Shown here: positions 25,701 to 40,233 of the stretch, piece after piece
Layout of the letters: every line of letters begins with the position of its first letter
Position numbering within the stretch: position 1 is the first letter of the stretch
Assembly (NCBI GenBank): GCA_016906335.1
Contig: JADEYG010000007.1
Coordinates: 2,170,001 to 2,234,000, forward strand
Direction: 5' to 3'
Source: Novakomyces olei
Taxonomy: Eukaryota
DNA: 64,000 bases
Made by a program: the position numbers and the translations under genes
The notes under the pieces: model-generated
Seen by the model: only the letters and a program-made list of their open reading frames with translations
Told to the model about the DNA's origin: nothing
The model's database searches: none

Positions 25701-25833
25701 ACGTGCGGCCGATATTGAGGCGCTAATAAAGAAATGTGAAAAGCTGGCATTTATAGACGCGGCTCCATCGTCCGAGGAGGGTTATTTCAAGAATACCGTA
25801 GATGACGATGTCATTTATCTAGAGAAGCAGTGA
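22765..25833 (+). CDS. VAS1: Valyl-tRNA synthetase; second in-frame ATG at 22852
   Basis: PPPNVTGALHIGH (HIGH), DWCISRQLWWGHRIP, DVLDTWFSS, GRKMSKSLGN (KMSKS); intronless. Confidence 0.97.
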   Translation: MSRLLRPLSKRLSRFPSRPSIWPQIATSRMATNTGEANSVPNGATEPNASLNSGAQPEKTAKQLEKERKQAEKLARVNKKKEKQAAAQQNAAAKEAKKKASAIETAPYEEQTPKGDKKILQDLDLPALKSYNPLAVESAWYDWWDKSGFFEPELGPDGESKKRGTYVCVAPPPNVTGALHIGHALTVSIQDTLARWHRMRGETVLYLGGFDHAGISTQSVVEKRLWAEKKQTRHDYSRQDFLKLVWDWKEDYHNTIKTQFKRLGSSFDWSREAFTLDDERYKAVIEAFCRLHDEGVIYRADRLVNWCTALQTTLSNLEVDQKSVTGRTKISVPGYERPVEVGALTSFAYQIESDSVQGEAGTERIVVATTRPETMLGDSGIAVHPDDERYKHLHGKFAIHPFVNRRIPIVTDSIAVDKEFGTGAVKITPAHDFNDYQTGVRHHLECINILNDDGTFNENAGEFAGFKRFDARRVVVQKLQELGLFVEVKDNAMTIPVCSKTGDIIEPLMKPQWWVKQQDMADAAARAVETGEIVVEPEMYRKDFLRWMSNVHDWCISRQLWWGHRIPAYRVTIAGEGKALGEKETWVTGRTEEEARVKAEKLFPSTDKALIKIEQDEDVLDTWFSSGLWPFTTLGWPKDTFDLRHFFPTTLMETGWDILFFWVARMVMLSLKLTGKVPFKQVFCHALVRDAQGRKMSKSLGNVVDPLDVIEGISLQGLHDKLLLGNLPEKEIKKAKDGQKQNYPNGIPQCGADALRFALCAYTLGGRDINLDVLRVEGYRKFCNKIYNATKFAMMRLGPDFKPRESDRPTGQESLVEKWILSKLNHAAQMANKHLEAKEFLHATNAIYPFWLYEFCDVYIEASKPLILEGTAEQKESAQQTLYTVLDGALRLIHPMMPFVTEEMWQRLPRRPGSPVETIMKAEYPEFREDYTFKEAEAEFDHLFKVVQAARSLMVDAKIKQDAKFSVLCNSKFKGSLPERAADIEALIKKCEKLAFIDAAPSSEEGYFKNTVDDDVIYLEKQ

Positions 25834-26298
25834 AGTTTAAATTGATTTCAGTCTTGTATTTGATTCTAATCGCATATGGACGCCAGTTTCCTATAAAATT
25901 CAGGTTGGGGAGTATTTCTGCGGTTCATTTATTTTGTAAATCATATTCACTTGAGCGTGCTTGGCTACGTCGACTGCAATGTATATGTCAATGCCCTGCC
26001 CCAGTCAACAACAATACAAGATAGTAGATGATCAAACCGATAAGATTAGATTTGATTAGATTAGATTAGATTAGATTATATCGTGATCTCGAGAGTTAAA
26101 AGGCACGCACTTTATACACTAATAACCAGCGACAGAATAATTAAATATTACCGTTATTAACTAATCATTATAATATTACTACCATATTAAATAACTACCA
26201 TATCAAACAATCATCATAATAAACAATTATTATTTGGTGTACAGGAAAAGCAGCATCAAGTCTGTCGGTCGCGTTAACCCTTATCAGCCCCGGATTCC

Positions 26299-27618
26299 AT
26301 GAATCAGGACGACTTTCGCAAGCTTGTTTCAGGAGGCAGCGAAGGCAGCAATGCGACTCGCAATTTAAGCGCTCTCACCCGAGCGCCTCGACGTGGCGGC
26401 GCAGTGGCTTTTAAGCCGCGATACGCTCGGTCTCAACCACCTGCAAAGTCCGTGAACGATCCACGTAAGCGAAGGCGGCTAGACCATGTCGACGAGGGCA
26501 AGAAATCTTCCGTGCAAAACCAAGTGCCTCAGTCCATCGAGGTCCAGGCACCGGAAAAATTGGAAAAATTAAGGCAAAGGCTACGAAGTGGCGATATTAC
26601 GCATGAGGAGTATGTAAAACAGGCTCAGGATTTGGGTGGCGATGTATCGACGAGTCACGAGGTGAGTGGACTGGATCGACGGCTTTTAGAACGTGTTCGT
26701 GCTGGTGAAGACGTATTCGCCATACAAAAAGTGCCACAAAAGGAGAGTGAGCAAGCAGAGCCTTTGCAACCGAATGAAACAAACGATGATCAATTAGACG
26801 CAGAGTTTGATCAAGCTCTGACCGCTGAGCCAAAGTCTGTTTTGCGACAACATGAACCCCCAAAGCAGTCGAAGTTTCGGTCTATTGCCGGTGAAGGCGC
26901 GTCTGCATTACGCGAAGAGATCCACTACGAGAACGGTAAAAAGGTAAAACTGCTTATCAATGAAGAAGGCAGCGTGGTGAAACGATTAGTGAAGAAAATG
27001 AAAGAAAGAGATTATGCTGCTATGGAGGAGCTGAAGCGTAAACAAGAGAATGAATCGGCTATGGAGCAGTCTGCTCTTGGAGAGCCGCCTTCATTAGAGG
27101 AACCGCTTTCAGTACATGGACCGCTTCACCGGGAAAAGGTTGATACAGAAGAAAGGGGAGATGCACAGGTCAGGCAGGATTTAGTCGACCGGCAGGGTTT
27201 AGAGAGGCAAGAGTCAAAAACCCAACCGCTTTTAGGAGAGAGCAAAGAACAAGATGATAAAGACATTTTTGAGGGATACGATGATTATGATCCTTTTGCT
27301 GACAATGACGACGGAGATGGAACGCGTCAAGCCAAAAACGATACTACCGCTACTAAGCCGGATAAGGCAATGTTTGCCGTGGAACGGGATTTTCTGGCAC
27401 ATGGCTCAAAGGTCTCTGATATTGTGAAGAACGATGCCTCTATTTTGGACGCTCTGAAACGAGCAGCAAATCTGAAAACGGCGTCGTCCCCCGATGCCGA
27501 CAAGTCCAAGACTAAAACTGGAAAGGACGTGGATGTTGGTTTCGGTCTAAAGCTGGGCGCCGAAGCAGGATACGCTGAGGATTTTGATGGGCAATGGAGT
27601 CTTGAAGAAGAGGAGTAG
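26299..27618 (+). CDS. RED/IK-like spliceosomal protein
   Basis: MNQDDFRKLV start and LGGDVSTSHEVSGLDRRLLERVR match the RED N-terminal motifs; DIFEGYDDYDP later. Confidence 0.75.
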   Translation: MNQDDFRKLVSGGSEGSNATRNLSALTRAPRRGGAVAFKPRYARSQPPAKSVNDPRKRRRLDHVDEGKKSSVQNQVPQSIEVQAPEKLEKLRQRLRSGDITHEEYVKQAQDLGGDVSTSHEVSGLDRRLLERVRAGEDVFAIQKVPQKESEQAEPLQPNETNDDQLDAEFDQALTAEPKSVLRQHEPPKQSKFRSIAGEGASALREEIHYENGKKVKLLINEEGSVVKRLVKKMKERDYAAMEELKRKQENESAMEQSALGEPPSLEEPLSVHGPLHREKVDTEERGDAQVRQDLVDRQGLERQESKTQPLLGESKEQDDKDIFEGYDDYDPFADNDDGDGTRQAKNDTTATKPDKAMFAVERDFLAHGSKVSDIVKNDASILDALKRAANLKTASSPDADKSKTKTGKDVDVGFGLKLGAEAGYAEDFDGQWSLEEEE

Positions 27619-27740
27619 GCCGTATATACCGCTATGATGACTATCACTTGCAAACCGACCATAATAGCCAGATTAGAGTGTGGCATTCACGTTATTTTAT
27701 TGTTTATGTCCACAATGTTTTGCTCACAGTAGTATTTTAT

Positions 27741-27761
27741 TAACCCTAACCCTGACCCTAA
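27741..27761. promoter_or_regulatory. Telomere-like (CCCTAA)n box upstream of CDC26
   Basis: TAACCCTAACCCTGACCCTAA, ~80 bp before the ATG. Confidence 0.6.
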
Positions 27762-27842
27762 GTTAATATAAATAATAATATACTTGTAAATATGCAAAAT
27801 GTGAGGGAGCCTGCCAATTGTCCTCCTCGTCGATCCAGCAGA

Positions 27843-28052
27843 ATGTTGAGACGGCCGCCGACAGCAATTAAGCTCGTGCGCGAAGATATCAACGGCTTTG
27901 AAGACTACAGACGGTCTCGCAAGTCGAATTCTTCAGAGGAGAATAATATGCCGTCCGTTTACGACAAGAGTGCAACAGACGCGCCCGATCAACAGCAGAA
28001 ATCTCGCCTTGAGCGTATAGGCATAAAACCCAATAGCAGCAGGGTTTCCTGA
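27843..28052 (+). CDS. CDC26: APC/C subunit Cdc26/Hcn1
   Basis: MLRRPPTAIKLVREDINGFED matches the Cdc26 N-terminal MLRRxPTxI/LxLxxxDI motif; 69 aa. Confidence 0.82.
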   Translation: MLRRPPTAIKLVREDINGFEDYRRSRKSNSSEENNMPSVYDKSATDAPDQQQKSRLERIGIKPNSSRVS

Positions 28053-28329
28053 TTGCTTGTTTGCTGCTTTCCACAGGCAACGTTGCCGCTCAGTCTATGG
28101 ATCCTTTACCGACGGCTCAAACTGTGAATTTATGGTTTGTAACGATAAAGGACGCATGCATTACAGACAGGGACGTGGATGGAATAGCGGCAAAGCTTTG
28201 AGAAATAAGGAAAAGTGCTTAATAAAGGGATCAGATTACAGTAACATGCTTGGCTATTCTGCCTTGGACAGGCAAAGGGCAATTTACAAGGGTATCAATA
28301 TCAATTAATTAAAAACACAAATTTTCCAG

Positions 28330-29359
28330 CTACGCTTTGCCCCGACGAAACGATCCGAACCCCATGGTTGCGGCAATATCGTCGGTGGCCATATCAGAAT
28401 CCTCTCCTTTTGCTGGCGGTAACGATAAGGCAGCTGCAGCTGCCTTTCTCCGCTCCTTGCGTGCTTGCCGAGACTCTTCAACTTCCTTTTCGCGATCTTC
28501 TATGCGTTCCTTGGCCGTTAGCATCTCGGTACGCGCTTCTTCTTCGCGTTTGCGCCGTAAATAATCGAGGCGTGCACGCACCTGCTCCACTGTAGCCGGC
28601 TCTTGGTGTAAAGTTTTACCTGTCCGCCGCAGATCTGTTTTATCAGTATGAGCCGATAAAGTGAAGTAAACAGGGATAGGCACAAAGGCAGTTTTATTAA
28701 TACTATGCTGTTTTCCGGTAGATCTTGATACACTGCTGAGCAATAGACATGGAAAAATCAGATAAATATAAGCGAAGAGTGGACCAAAAATGGAACAGGG
28801 CAATTAAAAAATGAGTACATCAAAGGGCAGACTACTCCTGACCTCGAAGATAGACTCTTGCTTGATTCCATTTGAAATCCACGCCAAAAGCAATAAACGC
28901 ACCAAAACGATAAACATTTAAACGTTTAAATGTCAAACATTCAAACAGCAAAAACAAAAGAAAAATCTGCCACAGGTAAAGCACAAATAAAAACTTACGT
29001 TGTGGGCTATTTAAATGATCCAGCCAGGCAAATGAATCCTTGTACGTTTCATTGCAGTCGGCGCAGTAAAACCCTGCGCCTTTGCCCTTTCGGCTGCGGC
29101 CAATAGTCGCTCCCTGAGGGACGAGTTGCACCTTGTTCAAATTCCCCGTAAGATCAATCCTCTCCTGTCTCGCTTCGACAGCCTGTGCGTCTGGCGGCGT
29201 CGGTTCCCGGTGGCGTCGCAGCCCCATTTTTTCCTCATAGCGTCTCCGCGAATCTGCCTTTTCCTTGGCTTCGCGCTCAGCTGCCTTGGCTGCATACTCC
29301 TCCTTATCCCAAGTACGACGAAAGTTGGTATCGCCTTTTGTACCGTACACGCCGCTCAT
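28330..29359 (-). CDS. SNU23: Snu23/ZMAT2 matrin-type zinc-finger spliceosomal protein; intron ~28636-28998
   Basis: DTNFRRTWDKEEY; GAGFYCADCNETYKDSFAWLDHLNSPQ|HLR; ATVEQVRARL; MGFGSF. Confidence 0.9.
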
Positions 29360-29654
29360 GATGTGCGTCTTGTTCATTTGCCATATATATTTAATTTATA
29401 TATCTGTATTAAATTATACGATATTAATATTATATTTATATTATATTATATTATATTATTTAATATAATATTTAATTGTATTCAATATATATTTAATAAA
29501 TATCAACACGATATTTAATATTATATATTACGATAATCCATCTACAATAGAATTAAATGTCTGTATATTGTATAAAACACGATTTTGTCATCACAGAGTC
29601 AATTCGCGATAGCGACCGTTACTCGCACGACTGCCATACAACCGTTGAGCGGCG

Positions 29655-30361
29655 ATGATTCGCATATGGTCGATGAAAAAAGATGCGGCGGAGGCGGCTA
29701 AAAAGAAGCCTAAAGCTAGTGCCGCCATGATCCGGATTCAAAAGGGTAAAGCAATATATGAAGTAGGGCCTTTGCTCACACAAAAGATCTTACGGAGCTC
29801 AGTCTCCCCTCCACTATGGCTACGGAATGGCCCGTCCCGGAAGACTTGTTACATTTTAATCTTACTATAACCCCCGACGAAGGTACGGTCGCGTCTACTA
29901 TTCACGCTAATGCAAGGCCTATACTTTGGAGGCCGGTTTACGTTTGCCGTTAGTATTAACGACAACTACCCCCACGAGCCACCAAAGGTTAAATGCAAAA
30001 ACAAGGTATGTCTTTTCATTAAATGCATAAATTGCCAAATTGCCAATGCACAGATATACCATCCGAATATAGACCTGGAGGGCAACGTTTGCCTAAACAT
30101 CTTGCGCGAGGACTGGAAACCCGTACTCAATCTGTCTTCTGTCTTTGTGGGTTTACAGTTTTTATTTTTGGCACCAAACCCGGAGGATCCGCTAAACAAA
30201 GGTGGGGTGGCACCAAGTTTGGTACACACGTTCTAACTTTTACAGAAGCGGCAGAGGTTCAGCGACGGTACCCGGATAAATTTGCGCGCAACGTGTACGC
30301 GTCCATGAGGGGTCGGCCTGTAGATAACGAGTCTTTTGATAATGTAATGATTGGGGCATAA
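29655..30361 (+). CDS. UBC12: NEDD8-conjugating enzyme Ubc12; 4 introns
   Basis: MIRIWSMKK...[59 protein letters not shown]. Confidence 0.95.
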
Positions 30362-30434
30362 GCGTACGATGTTTATAGTTATAGATGAATGCAATATTCA
30401 TGAAACCATGTGTAAGGATATATACTACTGCGCA

Positions 30435-31607
30435 CTAGAATGCGATAGAGTCGAGCATGCTTGCCAGTAGCACAGAGATATTTGTCTCCATGACCGACTG
30501 CACTTCAGCTTCCAGATGCTTTTTCGGGTCCTGCTTTCCAACGTACCGAATTTTCAGCTGCTCCGGGGTCAGCTCATTTTCGTCCTTGACCCGCTTTGTG
30601 TACAGTTCGGCTAGGTGTGTCATGTGCTCAAGACTGGCAGCGTTCTTGGCGTCCAGATCCTCAAAATTATTGAGCACTAGTCCCGTGTTCCAGGCCTGCT
30701 TGTGTAAATTGAGCAGCATTTGCTCCTCTAGAGCGGTTTTGTGGTAGTTTATAGCGATCGAATAGTAATGCCTACCGAGTCCGTGAATAAGGGCCTGAAT
30801 GCTGGGCTTGTTTAGATGTCCAATATTGGAAGTTGTTTGCCTTGGTTCCTGGCCCATCATCAGGGTAGAGGGGTTAATGAGCCGGAACGCATCAATCACT
30901 ACTTTGCCCTTGACTGATTGGATAGGGTCTACTACAACAGCCACAGCTCGCTCTGTCAGCTGCTCAAAGGATTGCTGTGTATTCACATCAACACTCGATA
31001 ACCAGCAGCCAAAACCAGGATGGCTATGGTACCAGCCGACCACCATCTCTGGCCGGCCAGTCTGCTTTAGCATTTCCATCATTTTCTGTTGGAAAACAGG
31101 ATCAACAGCCTCCACACTAACCCCTGTCCCAGACTGCGGCATAGCGAAAACCTGATCATTAGTGTCGGTATATGGAATTCAAATTTCGTCCTGCGTCTGT
31201 TTTTTTTTCTTTTTTAATTCAATCTTTTTTAATCAAGGCTCAGTATTAACGACTCATTTGCTCTTGTGCTTGTAAACAGTGCGATTCTTCTTACATCTAC
31301 AACGCGAACCGTATACTCGTCCACAAACTCGCCCAGCATCAGACCCATAACCTCCATCGGCGTCCCGTGTCGTCCGTGTTTAAGCATCTGACAGGTTAGT
31401 AGAGAGTCCTTGTCAAATCTCGTGTGCGTGCGTACCTTCAAAAGCGCCAGCGACGAGATATAGACTCCCTCTGCATTGTCCACAATAGGCTGATCCTGGA
31501 AAATTAGAAAGGAAAGGCAATTCACTACTCCGTACAACACCAGGCTGCATATCTGCGCCGCCCATTTGACCACGCAGCAGACGCTGCAAACCCGCCATGC
31601 CGTCCAT
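30435..31607 (-). CDS. RPN11: 26S proteasome deubiquitinase Rpn11/Pad1; 3 introns
   Basis: [34 protein letters not shown] motif [19 protein letters not shown]. Confidence 0.97.
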
Positions 31608-31739
31608 AATGCCGCGTCAGCGATGATATAACTTTGTATGAGAGTTGTATTGTGATATACGACATTTCAAGGCTATAAAGTATGGAAGATTCGTGCCCTA
31701 CGTAGTAACATGGAATATATATTAAATGTGAATTGCGCA

Positions 31740-31970
31740 CTGTATAAAGTCTAGTATATAAAGTGCTTTTACAAGGACTGTATATTAAAGAACTCTAAAG
31801 TATTGCAAAGTGCAATAGTGCAGAGTAGTACTGTGAAGACTATAAAGTATTCCAAGTACTATGTTGTAAAGTACTGTAAAGTACTGTAAAGTATTATAAA
31901 GTATTATAAATTATTAAAGTACTGTAAGTACTGCAAGTACCGTCTATAAAGTGCTGTGTATAAAGTACAG
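31740..31970. repeat. Degenerate ~10-bp GTACTGTAAA/GTATTATAAA repeat in the RPN11/MNL1 divergent promoter
   Basis: Seen directly; core at 31861-31940. Confidence 0.75.
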
Positions 31971-32097
31971 TCCGAATTACCGTTGGCGCATAATATATGG
32001 CTATAAATCTAGTCGTACTACGTAATGCTAGTGCCCTGCTCTTTGAAGTATACAGGTACAGTCCTGACCTCGCGCCGTTCTAGAGGGAGGGCCTGAT

Positions 32098-35248
<3,151 letters not shown>

Positions 35249-35474
35249 ATAAAATATAATGAGTAATGACGGCAGTTTTGGCTGCTTTACAGTATTTCTA
35301 CGATTTGTTTAATCAATCCTCACCTCCTTCTCGCACCACGCAGCGATATGGTACAGTATATAGAGGCGATACGAGAATCGTGAACGGTGAACCACTGTGC
35401 CAATAATATACATTAGATTGAAATACGAAAAAAAAAGCACTTTTTAAAAGTAACGGCGGGCATGCTACGTCATC

Positions 35475-38400
35475 TCACCCGGGCGGTTTGATCGTGCCGC
35501 CACCAATTTTGATCCGGATCTTTTGCACTGGACGTTGCCGCTGTTCAAGGACGTGTTTGTAGTCGCGGAGACGTTTTCTCCGGAACACCATTTTACCGTT
35601 GCCCAAATGCTCTGCCCGAAGAGCGACTTTAAAGCTCGGAAACCTCAGTGTGACCTTGAGCGTGTCTTTTTGTTCAAACAAGACATTGCACAGATTAAGC
35701 AGGTCTCGTTTGCTCATAACGTCGGTCCGTACAGCACTGGCATTAGCAAAAATAAACAATTGAATTGCGTAATTGGTTTATAATTAATGTGTTGTGAACG
35801 GCTTTTCTGTTTTACAACAAATAAATCTTGCACTTTTATAAAATGCTGTACACAGTAAAATAATACTGTCAAAAAATAATACTGTCAAAAATAATATTGT
35901 CAAAAATAATACTGTCAAAAATAATATTGTCAAAAATAATATTGTCAAAGATAGTCAAAGATAGTCTGTCAAAAAATAATATTGCCAAAAAATAATAAAC
36001 AAAATGATAAACCGAAAACAACGAGAATCCCATCATATCAAAACACTTACTTTGCCGTCAGCCATAGGGCAGACTGGATAAAATTATCATAGAGAAAAGC
36101 GCTCCGTAAATCTTCAATGGCCTGTTCTAGCACGAGACGTGCCTTGTTATCCCGCCGCTTCTGCAGCTCAACAATGTTGGACTCGTCCATGATCAGGTTA
36201 TCGTTCAGGTAGTAGTTTAGTGCTCCACTCCCCTCAATGCTACGGGCAGCAACTGCATCGATGAACAAAAGGCACAAGTGCCGTCGGAAATGTAACGAGT
36301 CTGCCTCTCGGATAGAATCGAGAACGTAGCGGATAATAGGGTAATGATTAATGCCGCCGGTATTAAGCAGTGCACGAAAAGCACACAGTCTTACATCAAT
36401 GTAATTGCTCGGGTGGGTAAACATAAAGACCTGCTTCAGCTCTGGGATCCGTACTTTGCTCCGGACCAAGTGCGCCTTTGCGTCGAGCACAGCGAGCGTA
36501 ATGGCATTGTGGAAGGAGGAGGCGAAGCTCTCCAAGTACTGTAGTCTCTCAAACTCGGCCAGAGCTTCCGTCAGCAGGGGATCTGATCTGAAGGCCTCTA
36601 TGTTGGCAGGCACATTGCTCCGCGATACGGGAGCCAGAGCCCGGCTCAGGCTGCGGACGATGGTGGAGAGGTACTGTGCGTCTGAAAAGGCATTGGAAGT
36701 ATTATCATTGAACCTGATCATATCCAGCAGCAGCGTCTTGACCTGTACAGGGCAGCTGCCTTCTTGAGGCTGCCTGATCCGGCTGAGGCAGTCTACAGCC
36801 GCCAGCAGCACATAGTAGTCGGTAATACTACGGAAATCGTTGGGCCTGGGGACCAGAGTCCCCCCATAACAGTGCCTGGCCTCTATGTACTTTAGCAAAT
36901 GGAACAGTCCGATCCAGTCAAGTGCGGCAGTAGCACACTTGACCAGACCAGCACAGGCCAACTGCCTCACTCCGTAGTAGTAGCGCCCATCACAGAGCGT
37001 TCGGGCAAGGCAGGCCGATGTTACTTTAGACTGGCGCAGGGACTCTCCCGACAAAAACTGTACTGCCTCTGCCTGAGCTACTACATCTCTATCCTGCTGC
37101 AGCTGCGACATGTACATGTGCTCTGGCTGAGAAAAATGCACTCGGCAGATCCATTCAAAGTCGGCATCGAACCTGATCCACTCAAAGGCTTCGCCAGACA
37201 TGGCCTCTTCCTGCTCGGGGCTCCAGTCTTGCAAGTGCCACGCTTCTACTTCTGCGTCTGTCTGCAAGACATCTCCGAGCCGATGGATCTGCGAGTGGAA
37301 GGCAGAAGCGTCTTCGTCGGGGTCAGTTTGAGCTGCTGCTGCTGCTGCTGCTGCTGCTTCTACAAACTGGCCAGGCTGGCCAGTTAGAGCCTGGCCAGTT
37401 AGTACTGGGCCAGACTGGCTCTGGCTGGCCGCCTGAGCTGCCTCAGACCGGCGCAGGGCCGCTTCACGGCTCCGTCGTATCCGTTTGTACTTTGTATTGT
37501 ACTGTATATCCATGCGAGTAAAAGTCTCGTGCAGGCTAAAGACGTGCTCGTACGGAGTTCCGTCTGCCTCATGGATCCTTATTGTCATGGGACCTGTGAA
37601 TAACGGCCGCACTGGCGCCTCTACACAGTTTTCATCAATAGCCCGGCTTGCGTCCTCAATCAGCGAATGCTCTCCTGCCCTGCGGATGGGGAACTCGTTC
37701 GCCTGAACCTGGTTGATACCCATTTCTACCACCATTTTCTTCCTATTGAACCTCTGTACAACCCGGAAAATCGGGTAACCCTGGCCCTGCACCCAATCAC
37801 CAATAAAATCTTGCAGCTTTGTGTAACAGACCTTCTCACAGACCTTGAAAAAATGGGCAGTGCTCAACGCGTCCCTGGCTATATCGCCACGAACTTGCTG
37901 CAAAAGGATCTTGGGGATCACGCGTGAAAGCCCGAGTGAGCTCCCGCTCTTGGTCATTCTTCTGTCCAGGATAAAGAGGACAACGGGGGCCTTGAGCTGC
38001 ATAAAATCAAGGCGCAGAGGATCAATAGGCACATTGGGCGCAGCCGCCAAGGGCGGCTCGCCAACGTCCCGCTCGCAGATTTCTGTAACTGCCATTTTCA
38101 TTCGGCAACGGTAGTCATTATTACCGATTAGACTCTTCATAAAAAGGCCCGCCATGAAATGAGCAATTCCGATAACGAGCCATAAATCCGACCACTTTGC
38201 CGGCACTATATTAACCCCGACCCATTGCTGAGCGAGATTGTACACCAGTAGCTTTGTCCTCTCATATATACAGTCTAGTGCTTGTGCTGGGTACAGTACC
38301 CTATTACTCACGAGTCCCAGTGAGGCAGACGGGACTGCATCGAGCACCAGGTCATCGACAAAGCAGAGCTTAAAAGTTGTAAAGGGATACGAGCCAAACT

Positions 38401-39616
38401 CTCGGATATAAAAGTCCATTGCCTTGTACATTACAGAACACGTGTTTTTCACATCTGGTAAATGCTTTTTATACGCAAAGGCAATAATGTCCACTGCACT
38501 GGATCCCATTGCATCGTCTTCGTCTGTGCCCCGGAAATCTGTTAGATTAATGGCTTGGAAGGGGCCAACTGCAAAGGAAATGAACTGCGCAGCCGTTGGT
38601 GTAGACAAGACGAACTTGTAAATCATTCGGCCTCGATCCAGTGGGTCGGAAAGTTCCTCAACTGCATCTCCAGAGCAAACTGCTACTAGTCTGTCGCTGC
38701 TCACTTCTGGATCTACTGTCTCCCCATCTTGCTCGGTTCCGTCCAGCACTCCGTCTTTAGCTCCTGCTCCATAAAGCGCAGCATTTACGTCTTTGGCAAA
38801 GCTTAAGCTAAATTCCCACGTCAGTTTAGCATGGATACCATCGACACACGGCAGCCAGCAACAAGTAGAGCCAACGAGAGGGTAGTTTTGTGTAAAAACA
38901 TGGGGGAATCTCCCATCGCCAGGCGCTGTCCCGACAAAGCTGATGCCGCATGAAGGATCGTTCAATTCGTATTGCACAGTAACCAGTAGAGTCTTGTACT
39001 CGCTTGACTCTGGTTGCGCATCATAGCCCTCCTCTACTTGGCCAGCAGCATCACGTAACGATCCGTCCACGAAAAACGACCTGTTCGGCTGTATCACGAC
39101 ACCGCTTGGTATCGTGATGAGCAGGTCGCCCTGCTCACGTACTCCTGGAGCGAAATTGGCCACTTTGGCCCTTAGCGTGTTGTGCTGGCTCTCGTCTGTC
39201 GATTCTTCTGGTATCCGCAGTCTTTGTAGCGCATCGTTGTACGTAAAGGGCGCACGGACGCCATTAACAAAGCAATCAAGCACATCTATACACGGCAAAA
39301 GGTTAGTTTGGACCAGCTTGCAATGTCTTTAAAGGAGTCCCTTACCCAGTTGCGCACACTGGAGACGAACCACTTTTAAATGCGGATCGCTTGGCGCAAT
39401 GATAAGATCTGTATGGGCCTACAAAGTTAGGAATCAATTTCTTTGAGCATTTAAAGGGCGAATTGACGCTACCTCAATCCGGTTTCCAGCGAAATCAATG
39501 TGCGCGCTCACTTTCTGATGCACTGCGTAATGATTAGTACTCCGTATGTCGCATTTTAGTGTCGCTCAAAACTTGCCTGGATCGAAGCCGCGACCCACAA
39601 AAATAGCCTCCGGCAT
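35475..39616 (-). CDS. TAF2: TFIID subunit 2; 4 introns, the first with a GC donor
   Basis: RGFDPVHQKV..IDF; WLPCVDG; LAQQWVGVNIVP; FMQLKAPVVLFILDRRM; FTGPMTIRIHEADGTPYEH; IQYNTKYKR; EWIRFDADFEWIC; QLQQDRDVVAQAEA. Confidence 0.95.
35857..35997. repeat. ~15-bp minisatellite (AAAAATAATAYTGTC)n in the last TAF2 intron
   Basis: About 6-7 copies seen directly. Confidence 0.9.
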
Positions 39617-39980
39617 CGAGCGCCACGCTATTAATGGCTCTTGCCAGCGCGATTAGTCTATCGTTGGCGCCATTACAAGGCTTGTCGGCTATGGACAAAC
39701 ATGTATATATAAAGCAATCACCACTGAATAATGGCAAATATTATTATTTATATTTAAATTTAAATTCTTCATATACAAAAATCTATCGTTATTTTGGATA
39801 AACAGATCACTACAGGCAAACAGAGCATTTACAATTGGAGCGCGTGCGCTTAATTCCAGCTGCGCTTCCGATTGCAATAGCGCCACAGTGCAATTGGGTA
39901 TTGAACGCAAAGAAATAGAGGCGGCAAAAGTTTGGTAGTAGGTCAATTGAGCCAGGTTTTAAATTGCTTTATTGTTCAAA

Positions 39981-40050
39981 TTTAGGTTTTATAGTTGCTA
40001 ATTAGGGTTTATAGTTGCTAATTAGGATAATAGGGTTTATAATTGCTATA
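39981..40050. repeat. ~20-bp tandem repeat containing TAGGGTTT in the TAF2/DOA1 divergent promoter
   Basis: TTAGG(G/T)TTTATAGTTGCTAA, about 3 copies. Confidence 0.8.
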
Positions 40051-40233
40051 ATGTCATACAGGGGAAAACCCTTCGCTTGAATACTGCGAATCAATCACTA
40101 TACATACACAACTATAGAGATTGGCCCCACCATTCGTGGAATACTATTAGCTGAAACGCTTACGTGTCGACTCAACTGGTCAATTTAGCATTTGCAGAAA
40201 TCTGCGTCAGCAGCGCTAACGTACGCCTTACAA

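Noticed and set aside
27792..27842. Upstream ATG extending CDC26
   Set aside because: The Cdc26 family begins at MLRR, so 27843 is preferred
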